From: Candidatus Chazhemtobacterium aquaticus
GTDB lineage: Bacteria > Patescibacteriota > Microgenomatia > UBA1400 > Chazhemtobacteraceae
DNA length: 64,000 nucleotides
Assembly (NCBI RefSeq): GCF_009936135.1
Contig: NZ_CP047901.1
Span: 563,354-627,353 of the forward strand
Direction: 5' to 3'
The notes below the pieces were generated by a model. It was not told the origin of the DNA. It was given only the letters and a program-made list of their open reading frames with translations, and ran no database searches. Both the position numbers and the translations under genes were made by a program. This document shows positions 19,296 through 27,388 of the stretch, one piece after another (position 1 is the stretch's first letter; each line of letters begins with the position of its first letter).

Positions 19296-20103
19296 ACCAA
19301 TCAAAATAAGGCTCGAGATTCTCAAAGCCAACACTCTCTTCTCACTTAAAGAATCACTCGCCTACAGCCTAAACAACTGGGGAGGTTTGGCATCAACCAT
19401 CACCTATATGTTGACCTATCTTGTTTTTCTCTCAGCGCTATACGGACGGGTTGAAACAATCGGTGGGTATCGTTACTCGGAAGCCCTTCTTTTCACTTTA
19501 ATGGTTCAGCTAAATTTCTATCTCATCTGGGTCTGGAGCATGACTAACCTAGAAAAACTAGGTTATGACATCAAGACCGGAAAACTTGACCTAATTTTAA
19601 GCAAGCCACTTCCTTCACTTTGGTACGTCACCTTTCAAAAAATTAATTTATTTACCCTAATAGTAGAAATGTGGCCAGCGACTCTTCCCTTGCTTTATCT
19701 TCTATTCAAACATCTTGATTTTTCAGTCACTCCACTCGGACTTTTTTACGGTGCCCTGACTCTATTTCTTGGTCAAATCGCCACTCACTGCTTCCAATTT
19801 CTTTTCACGCTTTTGACTTTTTGGACAGGCGAATCAAAAGGCTTGACCGGAATTTCATACCAAATTGCTTTTTTTGGTAGCGACGCCATTCCGCTCGAAG
19901 CCTTTCCCAAATCAGTTATCTTCCTCGGTATAACCGCGATTCCATTTCTTACCCACACCGCCCTCACTACTTCATATATACTTGGAAGAACCACCAGTCC
20001 CTTTTATCTCATCCTCGCCCTAGCCTCCACAACCATATTTCTATTTATTAAAATCAAGGCCTGGAATTTTGCCCTAAAACATTACGCTTCAGCCTCGTCC
20101 TAA
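19276..20103 (+). CDS. ABC-2 type transporter permease
   Basis: Polytopic membrane protein. It overlaps the previous permease by 20 nt and is followed 2 nt later by the ATPase. Confidence 0.55.
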   Translation: MKQSVFEPIKIRLEILKANTLFSLKESLAYSLNNWGGLASTITYMLTYLVFLSALYGRVETIGGYRYSEALLFTLMVQLNFYLIWVWSMTNLEKLGYDIKTGKLDLILSKPLPSLWYVTFQKINLFTLIVEMWPATLPLLYLLFKHLDFSVTPLGLFYGALTLFLGQIATHCFQFLFTLLTFWTGESKGLTGISYQIAFFGSDAIPLEAFPKSVIFLGITAIPFLTHTALTTSYILGRTTSPFYLILALASTTIFLFIKIKAWNFALKHYASASS

Positions 20104-20104
20104 T

Positions 20105-21073
20105 ATGAAAGACATAATCAGCGCTAACAAACTAACAAAAACCTATCAAATCCCAATTAAACAAGGGGTACTTAAAAGTATCTTTTTCTCTAATAACCGA
20201 GAGTTAATTGCCGTAGATAAAATTGATTTTAAAGTCAAACAAGGCGAGTCAGTCGCCCTGCTTGGACCAAATGGGGCAGGCAAAACGACTACTCTAAAAA
20301 TGCTTACTGGCCTTTTGTATCCAACCTCCGGAGAGATAGAAGTCTTAGGGTTCACTCCCACCGACAGAAAAAGAGAGTTCCTTCGTCAAATCGCCTTGGT
20401 GATGGGTAACAAAAGTGGTCTCTCTTGGGATCTTTCTGCCATGCAAAGTTTCAATCTCTTCAAAACCATTTATCAAATTCCAGAAAACATCCTCAAGAAC
20501 CGTCTTGACGAAATGACAGAACTGCTCGACATCAAAGACCAATTAGACACACCCATTCGTAAACTTTCCCTAGGTCAACGTCTTAAAATGGAGTTAGTTG
20601 GTGCTATTCTTCATCGACCAAAACTACTCTTTCTGGATGAACCCACTATTGGATTAGACGTCGTCTCGAAACGAAAAATAAGAGGTTTTCTTCGCTATCT
20701 CCATAAAGAAGAACAAACCACCATACTCCTCACGAGTCACGAGATGGCCGACATTGAAAGTGTCTGCGATCGTACCATCATCATCAACCACGGTCAAATC
20801 GTTTTTGACGATACATTAGAAAAACTTTCTCACTATTATCAAGACAAGAAATATCTAACCGTCACTTTCAAGAAACCAGTTAAAGAAGAAAAACTTCAAC
20901 AACTGGGCAATGTTATCTCCAGCAGAGAACTCTCCCATACTTTAGAAATCTCTAAATCAACTCAAAGCACAGTCATCGCTAAACTAGCTGAAAAGTTCCC
21001 CGTAGATGATATAGACATTCAAGGGGTTCCGCTAGACGAGATAATTGAAGACCTGTTTACACAAACAAAATAA
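20105..21073 (+). CDS. ABC transporter ATP-binding protein
   Basis: Walker A LLGPNGAGKTTTLKML, ABC signature LSLGQRLKMEL, Walker B LLFLDEPTIGLDV and an H-loop (TSHEM). Confidence 0.9.
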   Translation: MKDIISANKLTKTYQIPIKQGVLKSIFFSNNRELIAVDKIDFKVKQGESVALLGPNGAGKTTTLKMLTGLLYPTSGEIEVLGFTPTDRKREFLRQIALVMGNKSGLSWDLSAMQSFNLFKTIYQIPENILKNRLDEMTELLDIKDQLDTPIRKLSLGQRLKMELVGAILHRPKLLFLDEPTIGLDVVSKRKIRGFLRYLHKEEQTTILLTSHEMADIESVCDRTIIINHGQIVFDDTLEKLSHYYQDKKYLTVTFKKPVKEEKLQQLGNVISSRELSHTLEISKSTQSTVIAKLAEKFPVDDIDIQGVPLDEIIEDLFTQTK

Positions 21074-21086
21074 ATTGAAACTGTAG

Positions 21087-21169
21087 TGCCGAGGAGAGGA
21101 CTTGAACCTCCACGAGCTTGCGCTCACAGCGTCCTGAACGCTGCGTGTCTGCCATTCCACCACCTCGGC
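21087..21169 (-). tRNA. tRNA-Leu(CAG)
   Basis: Reverse complement is GCCGAGGTGGTGGAATGGCAGACACGCAGCGTTCAGGACGCTGTGAGCGCAAGCTCGTGGAGGTTCAAGTCCTCTCCTCGGCA. It has a long variable arm and anticodon loop TTCAGGA. Confidence 0.85.
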
Positions 21170-21206
21170 ATCAGGCATATTTTACCACTCAAAAAACTAT
21201 ATTGAT

Positions 21207-21863
21207 TTACTCCAACTCACTCATAAACTGGTTCACTCCAAAAGCCCAGGATCCATCAGATGGGGGAGTATATGTCCCCATTACTTCCTCAGCCTCGGTT
21301 CTGGATCCCTTGCTTAAGAACTTCTCCTTAAACTGGGGGGCAATCCTCTCTATCGCTTGCTCATATGACTCAAACCGGGTTATCTTCATTTCCCGACACT
21401 CATTTGCCTCACTATCATAATCCAAACACCATATGCCCCAACCCCAGCAGTTATATGAATCATCAGGAATCCGCTTACACAAATTCGACTCTTGCTGAGC
21501 AATAGCTACCAGCCATCTAAAATCAAAACCATTTTCATCTGATACCTTTACGATCAAATCAGCGTGTGGTTCAAGCGGGGATTCGTGTTTTGCAAGATAC
21601 TGCCGCAAAATCTCTGCTCTGGCATCAGCGGTTCCGATTGAGGTAATAAACTTGTTTTCAGGTGCTGGAATAGCTGCGTACATTAACTCAGGCACTCCAG
21701 TCGGTTGAATCTCGCTCACTAAAGGCGAAGCTAAGGGTACCGGCTTATCCATTTTTACATACATAAAAACAGAAGCCATTAACAAAGCTCCCGAGACACC
21801 GCTCCACACAGGTAGCAACCACAATTTCTTAAACATATCGTACGTCTCTACCCATACTCGCAA
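21207..21863 (-). CDS. Membrane-anchored lysozyme-like peptidoglycan hydrolase (SLT/GH23- or GH73-like)
   Basis: N-terminal TM anchor. FDFRWLVAIAQQESNL...NCWGWGIW resembles lytic-transglycosylase/glucosaminidase catalytic motifs (A.A.QES...G.G). The family assignment is approximate. Confidence 0.4.
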   Translation of the reverse strand: MRVWVETYDMFKKLWLLPVWSGVSGALLMASVFMYVKMDKPVPLASPLVSEIQPTGVPELMYAAIPAPENKFITSIGTADARAEILRQYLAKHESPLEPHADLIVKVSDENGFDFRWLVAIAQQESNLCKRIPDDSYNCWGWGIWCLDYDSEANECREMKITRFESYEQAIERIAPQFKEKFLSKGSRTEAEEVMGTYTPPSDGSWAFGVNQFMSELE

Positions 21864-21886
21864 GATTTAAGCTCATTGTCAACTTG

Positions 21887-21961
21887 CGCGCCTGGAGGGA
21901 CTCGAACCCCCATAAAACCCTGTTCCGAAGACAGGTGCCTTATCCATTAGGCCACAGGCGC
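21887..21961 (-). tRNA. tRNA-Arg(TCG)
   Basis: Reverse complement is GCGCCTGTGGCCTAATGGATAAGGCACCTGTCTTCGGAACAGGG...GGGGGTTCGAGTCCCTCCAGGCGC. Anticodon loop CTTCGGA. Confidence 0.8.
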
Positions 21962-22335
21962 ATATTTTAATTTCCAACTGTTATTCTCATGAGCTGTCTT
22001 TCTTCTATGGCAATTCGCACACCGGACCTCACACTTTCCAATCTCAGTCGAAATTGTTTTTAAAGACAAGCCTCCCTTTACCATATCACTAAGCGTGCAA
22101 CGCTTGTGCTTTCTATCTTTATGATCAAACTCTAAAACAGTTATATCCTTCTCACCACAATCAACACAAGGATGCGTTGATAAATATGTACCAACATACT
22201 GACGCGCCTCTTCTCTTACAACTACGTTTCTTCTTCGTGCTTTTTCAAGATAATATTTTCGATTCTCAACGTAATGCTGCCTTACATACTCTCTTGAACA
22301 CGCGGTGCAATATGTTGCACGAGTTTTATTTCTTC
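21962..22335 (-). pseudogene. 5'-truncated paralog of the HNH zinc-finger endonuclease gene at 24285..24734
   Basis: The minus-strand frame reads ...TRATYCTACSREYVRQHYVENRKYY...HPCVDCGEKDITVLEFDHKDRK...EIGKCEVRCANCHRRKTAHEN. This parallels the intact paralog (CKTCLRERGKSYYRKNRER...CKDCGQ...MDFDHRDE...CDIVCANCHRIRTY) but has no start codon and lacks the first ~30 codons. An IS200-family left end abuts it, and its 3' end runs into tRNA-Arg. Confidence 0.45.
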
Positions 22336-22339
22336 CTTA

Positions 22340-22920
22340 CAGGAAACCCCGCATGGAATAGCGTCACACGAGAGTAGTTAGCGTATGGAATGCGGGGATG
22401 AATGAGCATATCAGGCTGACCTGATATGCTGACTGCATGAGAAAGAGAAGCCTTAATCACTGTGCCTATCAACACCAGTACCATCTAGTCTGGGGAACAA
22501 AATACAGACGGAAATACATCAAGTCGTATGTCAAGGAAGAGTTGCTGTTAGAGTTACACCAACTGATCAAGAAATATCCCACACTGTATCTTTACGCTGT
22601 CAACACGGGTAGTGATCACATTCATCTACAAATTGAGATTTCACCAGATATATCAGTAGCCAGGGTGGTTCAAAGGATTAAGACATATACCAGCTTTCGA
22701 TTAAAGAAAAAATTTAAGTTCATCAGGAAGATATATCTGGACTCTGGTATCTGGAGTGTGGGATATTTCTCATCAACAGTGGGTTTAAACGAGACTTACC
22801 TTCCAGTTAAACTCGGATACATTTTTTCTTTTCTGACAGCGCGGACATGTCTTAAACACAACTGTTTTAATTATATCAATGTACACTTCGAAAATTAAAT
22901 ATGATTTCGAAGTATAGAAA
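22340..22920 (+). mobile_element. IS200/IS605-family insertion sequence (tnpA only) with subterminal hairpins
   Basis: The tnpA ORF is flanked by imperfect palindromes typical of the family. Left end: CCCCGCAT...ATGCGGGG (22347-22397) and AGCATATCAGG-ctga-CCTGATATGCT (22405-22430). Right end: ACTTCGAAA-11nt-TTTCGAAGT (22885-22913). Confidence 0.6.
22437..22898 (+). CDS. tnpA: IS200-like Y1 (HUH) transposase TnpA
   Basis: YHLVWGTKYRRKYI and the HuH motif SDHIHLQIEI. Catalytic Tyr region SVGYFSSTVG. At 153 aa it has the right size for IS200 TnpA. Confidence 0.85.
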   Translation: MRKRSLNHCAYQHQYHLVWGTKYRRKYIKSYVKEELLLELHQLIKKYPTLYLYAVNTGSDHIHLQIEISPDISVARVVQRIKTYTSFRLKKKFKFIRKIYLDSGIWSVGYFSSTVGLNETYLPVKLGYIFSFLTARTCLKHNCFNYINVHFEN

Positions 22921-22944
22921 CTAAACTCAGATAACGCATTCGTG

Positions 22945-23016
22945 TGCGCCCAGGAGGACTCGAACCTCCAACCAATTGCTTAAGAGGCAACTGCTCTGCC
23001 ATTGAGCTATGGGCGC
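22945..23016 (-). tRNA. tRNA-Lys(CTT)
   Basis: Reverse complement is GCGCCCATAGCTCAATGGCAGAGCAGTTGCCTCTTAAGCAATTGGTTGGAGGTTCGAGTCCTCCTGGGCGCA. Anticodon loop CTCTTAA. Confidence 0.85.
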
Positions 23017-23055
23017 ATAACCCATATTATATCAACCCTATATATAAAAGTAGGG

Positions 23056-23130
23056 GGTGGCTGACGAGAATTGAACCCGCGACCTCCGCTTCCACAGAGC
23101 GGCGCTCTAACCGACTGAGCTACAGCCACC
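23056..23130 (-). tRNA. tRNA-His(GTG) with encoded G-1
   Basis: Reverse complement is G-GTGGCTGTAGCTCAGTCGGTTAGAGCGCCGCTCTGTGGAAGCGGAGGTCGCGGGTTCAATTCTCGTCAGCCAC-C. Anticodon loop CTGTGGA. The extra 5' G pairs with discriminator C. Confidence 0.8.
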
Positions 23131-23164
23131 ACGTTTTCAACCATTTTACTTGAGTTTGGTTGAG

Positions 23165-23238
23165 CGCGCCCAGCAGGATTCGAACCTGCGACCTACTGCT
23201 TAGAAGGCAGTTGCTCTATCCGGCTGAGCTATGGGCGC
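23165..23238 (-). tRNA. tRNA-Arg(TCT)
   Basis: Reverse complement is GCGCCCATAGCTCAGCCGGATAGAGCAACTGCCTTCTAAGCAGTAGGTCGCAGGTTCGAATCCTGCTGGGCGCG. Anticodon loop CTTCTAA. Confidence 0.85.
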
Positions 23239-23239
23239 A

Positions 23240-23313
23240 TGGAGCGGGAGAGGGGGATCGAACCCCCGTCTTCTGCTTGGAAGGCAGATGCTCTACCATT
23301 GAGCTACTCCCGC
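23240..23313 (-). tRNA. tRNA-Gly(TCC), CCA encoded
   Basis: Reverse complement is GCGGGAGTAGCTCAATGGTAGAGCATCTGCCTTCCAAGCAGAAGACGGGGGTTCGATCCCCCTCTCCCGCTCCA. Anticodon loop CTTCCAA. Confidence 0.85.
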
Positions 23314-23327
23314 ATAATATGTTCCAG

Positions 23328-23400
23328 TCGGGGTGCCCGGTCTCGAACCGGGGACCTCTGCGTCCCAAACGCAGCACTCTACCATCTGAGCTACACCCCG
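23328..23400 (-). tRNA. tRNA-Pro(TGG)
   Basis: Reverse complement is CGGGGTGTAGCTCAGATGGTAGAGTGCTGCGTTTGGGACGCAGAGGTCCCCGGTTCGAGACCGGGCACCCCGA. Anticodon loop TTTGGGA. Confidence 0.85.
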
Positions 23401-23411
23401 TTGTCAATTAG

Positions 23412-23497
23412 TGCCGAGGGCGGGAATCGAACCCGCACGAGGGTTGAACCTCAAGGGATTTTAAGTCCCTCGCGTCTGCCTATTCCGCCACCTCGGC
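23412..23497 (-). tRNA. tRNA-Leu(TAA)
   Basis: Reverse complement is GCCGAGGTGGCGGAATAGGCAGACGCGAGGGACTTAAAATCCCTTGAGGTTCAACCCTCGTGCGGGTTCGATTCCCGCCCTCGGCA. It has a long variable arm and anticodon loop CTTAAAA. Confidence 0.85.
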
Positions 23498-23535
23498 GCC
23501 AGGCTTAATTTTACCACTTATCACCCGATTTGACC

Positions 23536-23766
23536 TTAAGGCAATACGTTTCTCAAAAAATAGAAGATTCCATCCACTATCGTTCTAAAGATGGGTACTG
23601 AGGCTGGAACAAAGATAATCAATAGTAAAATCCAGATAAAATTACGCTTAATCAAATCTACTAACATCAATACAATTCCCACGAAAATAAGCAAGGCGAT
23701 CAAACCTTGTAACTCCATCGGAAAAAGGGATATAAAATCCTGCCACAACATCATTATCTGATCCAT
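23536..23766 (-). CDS. Small two-helix membrane protein (hypothetical)
   Basis: A 76-aa ORF lying between the two opposed tRNA blocks, with two clear hydrophobic helices. Confidence 0.35.
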   Translation of the reverse strand: MDQIMMLWQDFISLFPMELQGLIALLIFVGIVLMLVDLIKRNFIWILLLIIFVPASVPIFRTIVDGIFYFLRNVLP

Positions 23767-23838
23767 AACGCCATTTTAACATCTCAAAAACCCAAGCCTA
23801 GCTCATCACCCTCGGTCTTGGTATAATATCAGCTGTTA

Positions 23839-23922
23839 GGGCAGGTGGCGGAACTGGCAGACGCGCAGCCTTGAGGAGGCTGTGGGCTTATGCCCGTGGA
23901 GGTTCAAGTCCTCTCCTGCCCA
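23839..23922 (+). tRNA. tRNA-Leu(GAG)
   Basis: GGGCAGGTGGCGGAACTGGCAGACGCGCAGCCTTGAGGAGGCTGTGGGCTTATGCCCGTGGAGGTTCAAGTCCTCTCCTGCCCA. It has a long variable arm and anticodon loop TTGAGGA. Confidence 0.85.
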
Positions 23923-23965
23923 CACAAAAGCCGCGTCATCACGCGGCCTCTTTGTAAAAACACCT

Positions 23966-24051
23966 GCCGAGGTGGCGGAATGGCAGACGCGCTGGATTTA
24001 GGATCCAGTGGGTGTAAACCCGTGGAGGTTCAAGTCCTCTCCTCGGCACCA
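23966..24051 (+). tRNA. tRNA-Leu(TAG), CCA encoded
   Basis: GCCGAGGTGGCGGAATGGCAGACGCGCTGGATTTAGGATCCAGTGGGTGTAAACCCGTGGAGGTTCAAGTCCTCTCCTCGGCACCA. Anticodon loop TTTAGGA. Confidence 0.85.
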
Positions 24052-24059
24052 ACAACCAA

Positions 24060-24133
24060 GGACGGTTGGCGCAGTTGGTTAGCGCGTCTCTTTTACACAG
24101 AGAAGGCCGGGGGTTCGAATCCCTCACCGTCCA
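24060..24133 (+). tRNA. tRNA-Val(TAC)
   Basis: GGACGGTTGGCGCAGTTGGTTAGCGCGTCTCTTTTACACAGAGAAGGCCGGGGGTTCGAATCCCTCACCGTCCA. Anticodon loop TTTACAC. Confidence 0.85.
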
Positions 24134-24166
24134 CCGGAAGATAAAGATGATAAAATAATTACACTT

Positions 24167-24239
24167 GCCAAGCTAGCCAAGGTGGTCACGGCGCGTGTCT
24201 GAAAAACACGAGATTGAGGTTCGACTCCTCAGCTTGGCA
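24167..24239 (+). tRNA. tRNA-Phe(GAA)
   Basis: GCCAAGCTAGCCAAGGTGGTCACGGCGCGTGTCTGAAAAACACGAGATTGAGGTTCGACTCCTCAGCTTGGCA. Anticodon loop CTGAAAA. The D-arm is atypical, with a short stem. Confidence 0.7.
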
Positions 24240-24284
24240 CAAAATACTTGAACTAGTCGCAACCCAAGGGATAACATAATTGTA

Positions 24285-24734
24285 ATGAAGACATGCTCCA
24301 GATGTCACCTTAGTAAGGATTTATCCGAATTCTATTTACGCAAAACCGGCAGGAAAGCAGGGCAATATTACAACCACTGTAAAACGTGTCTCAGAGAGAG
24401 GGGAAAATCTTATTACAGGAAAAACAGAGAGAGGCAGCTCTTCCTATCAAACCAAAGAAGAAAAAAATACGTAATTCTCAAAAAGAAGCTAGTATATAGT
24501 CTCAAAAACAAGCCGTGTAAAGATTGTGGCCAAAGATTTCCTCACTACGTTATGGACTTCGACCATCGCGATGAGACAACCAAGATCGGAAATATCGCCC
24601 ACTTAGTCAGCCAAAACTACTACTCAAAAACAAAACTACTTGCAGAAATCAACAAATGTGACATCGTCTGCGCTAATTGCCATCGCATAAGAACCTACAA
24701 ACACAAAATACGCACCATAAACAAAGTTTATTGA
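24285..24734 (+). CDS. HNH endonuclease with N-terminal zinc-ribbon (homing-endonuclease-like)
   Basis: CSRCH...CKTC Cys pairs at the N-terminus. The HNH core CKDCGQRFPHYVMDFDHRDE...NIAHLVS...EINKCDIVCANCH provides the His-Asn-His triad and Zn-binding Cys residues. Confidence 0.7.
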   Translation: MKTCSRCHLSKDLSEFYLRKTGRKAGQYYNHCKTCLRERGKSYYRKNRERQLFLSNQRRKKYVILKKKLVYSLKNKPCKDCGQRFPHYVMDFDHRDETTKIGNIAHLVSQNYYSKTKLLAEINKCDIVCANCHRIRTYKHKIRTINKVY

Positions 24735-24750
24735 TATAATAATAGAACCT

Positions 24751-24826
<76 letters not shown>

Positions 24827-24832
24827 CACATT

Positions 24833-25705
24833 ATGACGGAACTTTTTGACCAGTACGACTATACTCACCAACGCATTCAAAACAGTCTGGTGTTAGCCTA
24901 TCTCAAGGAAGGGTCAGTAAATGCTATTCTCCCTCAGTTTCCTGAGGTGCCTGAACAAACTGCCCACAACTGGCTTGATGCCTACGACATAGTTAAACTC
25001 CAGGGTCGCAAACCCAATCCATTAGGTTCTGTCCTATACTTCCTGTCTCAATGGGTAGCCGCCAAAGATATTCCTCTAGAACGTTGGTACCGCGAATACA
25101 CGCCTCATCGTATTCGAGAAGTTCTCTCCACACCTAGTCTCCATCGAGTTGTTGATCACATTCGCCGGCTTACCACCAGGCTTTCCGCTACTGCCCTCAT
25201 TATCACTCCTCAAGACGCTCCAGAGCATATCTTAGTTGGTCATGACATTACCACCCCCAATCCTCAAGTAGGTAAAACCTTCGGCTCATTATCTCTACCC
25301 ATGACCTATTCCAATACCGGTGAGCCGCCCCAACTCTCAATTAAACGAGTTCTTCAGCAAGAGGTTTTTTCCAATCTTGTTTTAAGCAAAGACTTTCCAG
25401 ACTGGCTTATACCCGATGAGCTACAACCCTTCATGCACGTAGCCGTCGCTGACGTTGATGTGGCTGCATATCACCTTCAGATCCCCTGGGAGCTTACTGA
25501 TAGTTTTAGTAGTCCCAAGCTTGATGGACTTAAACTTACTCCGCTAGACCAACTTCTTAAGCACCATCCGCTGGATACCTCTATACGATCAGGTGTAGTT
25601 GAGATAGCCAGCGGACATTCATCCTATATCAACCAACCTCAAACAGAACCCATCACCTGGGCTCTATCACGCTTAAACGAAGAAATACTGCTCGCTCGCC
25701 TCTAA
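24833..25705 (+). CDS. Hypothetical protein (orphan). The ORF-track start at 24782 was trimmed because it overlaps tRNA-Gly.
   Basis: The ORF is open from MTELFDQYDY... No recognisable motif. Its composition resembles the other GC-richer orphans in the window. Confidence 0.45.
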   Translation: MTELFDQYDYTHQRIQNSLVLAYLKEGSVNAILPQFPEVPEQTAHNWLDAYDIVKLQGRKPNPLGSVLYFLSQWVAAKDIPLERWYREYTPHRIREVLSTPSLHRVVDHIRRLTTRLSATALIITPQDAPEHILVGHDITTPNPQVGKTFGSLSLPMTYSNTGEPPQLSIKRVLQQEVFSNLVLSKDFPDWLIPDELQPFMHVAVADVDVAAYHLQIPWELTDSFSSPKLDGLKLTPLDQLLKHHPLDTSIRSGVVEIASGHSSYINQPQTEPITWALSRLNEEILLARL

Positions 25706-25735
25706 GAGCCTCAAAATGTTAAAATATCCCAATCT

Positions 25736-25809
25736 TGCCGGATCGTCTAATGGTAGGACACCACCCTTTGAAGGTGGTTATCTAGGTTCGAACCCTAGTC
25801 CGGCAACCA
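25736..25809 (+). tRNA. tRNA-Gln(TTG), CCA encoded
   Basis: TGCCGGATCGTCTAATGGTAGGACACCACCCTTTGAAGGTGGTTATCTAGGTTCGAACCCTAGTCCGGCAACCA. Anticodon loop CTTTGAA. Confidence 0.8.
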
Positions 25810-25882
25810 ATCACCGTACACACTCAATAAAACCAAAACAAAAACCTCCCAATTTGGCTATGTTACTTAAATCTTCTCAAAT

Positions 25883-26521
25883 CTAGTTTGCAAATCTTCT
25901 CGCTAGCCATCCAAACAAGCTAAAACCAGACAACTCTTCCTCCAGTTGTGAGTCTAGAGTATCTGCTTCTGCCTGAAGCTCATCAATAGCCGTTTGAATG
26001 TCCTCAACATCGCTTGCTGTTGCGTCAGCTTTCGTTCTTTCCAATTTATCAATATCATTTCTTAAATCAACGATGTTGCTTCTTACCTGACCTGCATTTT
26101 TGTAATCTGGTCCGAGTAAAAATTTCACTACTCCATTCCTTTTACTCATTGCCTGTACCGCAGTCTGAACCTTTGTCTGAATCTGCTGATGACTTTGAAC
26201 CATTGTTCGAACCTGCTCACCAATTTCCGGGTTATTTGTTCTCTCGGCAACTCGGTTAAGACTTTGCGTGGCCTTGCCAATACCCTGACCCATAGCCTCA
26301 GAGCCAACTTGATTACCTGCCCCAGACTGTTCCACTTGGTCTAACTGATCACCCTGAGGGACTATAGTCTCACCATCGTGAGTTGTTGGATCCTGAACTC
26401 TTTGTTGAACGCCATTCAATTGGCCCTGTCCCTGGCCTTGAGCCATAACGACTACTGGAGTAGAGACAATCAATAATGAAATCGCCGACGCAATTACAAT
26501 TTTTTCTATCATGCCTACCAT
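25883..26521 (-). CDS. Secreted Gln-rich coiled-coil protein (hypothetical)
   Basis: The likely start is the internal Met (MVGMIEKIVIASAISLLIVSTPVVVMA, a signal peptide). The ORF-track 5' extension to 26695 overlaps a plausible divergent small gene. The protein is Q/G-rich and alpha-helical. Confidence 0.45.
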   Translation of the reverse strand: MVGMIEKIVIASAISLLIVSTPVVVMAQGQGQGQLNGVQQRVQDPTTHDGETIVPQGDQLDQVEQSGAGNQVGSEAMGQGIGKATQSLNRVAERTNNPEIGEQVRTMVQSHQQIQTKVQTAVQAMSKRNGVVKFLLGPDYKNAGQVRSNIVDLRNDIDKLERTKADATASDVEDIQTAIDELQAEADTLDSQLEEELSGFSLFGWLARRFAN

Positions 26522-26591
26522 GCTAAACTTATTCGCATGCTTTGTCGATATATACAGATCAATCGGCAAATATTCTCTACAATTACCATAA

Positions 26592-26894
26592 ATGAAAATC
26601 AACAAGCTCAATATCTTAGACAAAGATGCCCTGTTTATCATCATCGTCACAACGGCTATTCTTGTATTCCATTTGTTTGCAACGCTTTTCATCAATCAAG
26701 TCAACTGGGATTTTTTTGATTTTCTAGTCGCAGGCCTTCTTTTGCTAGGTATTGGCTCTGTCTACCTTCTCACCACCAAACTACTTGGGATAAAGCATCG
26801 GCGCATTATCGCCCTGGTTCTAATAACCATTCTTACTCTTATCTGGGCTGAGCTTGCAGTTGGTCTCTTTGGTACTCCATTTGCTGGTAACTAA
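26592..26894 (+). CDS. Small three-helix membrane protein (hypothetical)
   Basis: A 100-aa ORF with three hydrophobic helices, divergent from the preceding gene. Confidence 0.4.
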   Translation: MKINKLNILDKDALFIIIVTTAILVFHLFATLFINQVNWDFFDFLVAGLLLLGIGSVYLLTTKLLGIKHRRIIALVLITILTLIWAELAVGLFGTPFAGN

Positions 26895-26944
26895 ACATTA
26901 CACCCTTGCTTTCATAATCACTTTCCCGATATATTTAAATCTCT

Positions 26945-27382
26945 ATGGACGACAATACCTCAGCCCCAACGGAATCAACAGATCAAGCCACTAGCCTCAT
27001 TTCTCTAGAAAACCTAATTAAGAGCTATCTAAACAAAATAGAGTCCCATCAAGACATCCTAAAAAATCTACGAGAGATGGTTAATGATGCCTTAGAGAAT
27101 GATCCTGACTATGTCGAGGCGGCCAAGCAAGCCAAACAAGCAGCTCAACAAAAATCATCAGCCAAAAAAGCTGTCATCTCTCAACCCGAAATCGCCAAAA
27201 TTCACGACAAGCTTCAAGACGGCACCAAACAGCTTAAAGAAATGCGCGCTGCCCTCTCCCTCCATCTACAAAACTACGCTCAACTATCTGGTAATACCCA
27301 GTTCGAGGATGACGAAGGCCAAGTCAGAGAAATCGTCTACGTCGCCAAAGTAGTCAAGAAAAACCCTAAATACCGACCCTAA
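26945..27382 (+). CDS. Hypothetical acidic/lysine-rich helical protein
   Basis: A 145-aa ORF with coiled-coil-like composition. No motif recognised. Confidence 0.45.
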   Translation: MDDNTSAPTESTDQATSLISLENLIKSYLNKIESHQDILKNLREMVNDALENDPDYVEAAKQAKQAAQQKSSAKKAVISQPEIAKIHDKLQDGTKQLKEMRAALSLHLQNYAQLSGNTQFEDDEGQVREIVYVAKVVKKNPKYRP

Positions 27383-27388
27383 CTCTTC

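Noticed and set aside
21118-21420. Plus-strand ORF (100 aa) from the track.
   Set aside because: It overlaps tRNA-Leu(CAG) and runs antisense to the lysozyme-like gene; it is a low-complexity spurious ORF.
22290-22375. A possible N-terminal zinc-ribbon exon (CDAIPCGVSC…) of the HNH remnant in another frame, which would suggest an internal frameshift.
   Set aside because: This stretch overlaps the IS200 left-end hairpin (22347-22397) and more likely belongs to the insertion sequence. 5' truncation by the IS is the more economical explanation.
22944-24144. Track ORFs 22944..23153, 23160..23411, 23216..23407, 23239..23508, 23890..24144 and 23939..24127.
   Set aside because: All lie across tRNA genes; their translations are Arg/Pro/Gly-rich artefacts of GC-rich tRNA sequence.
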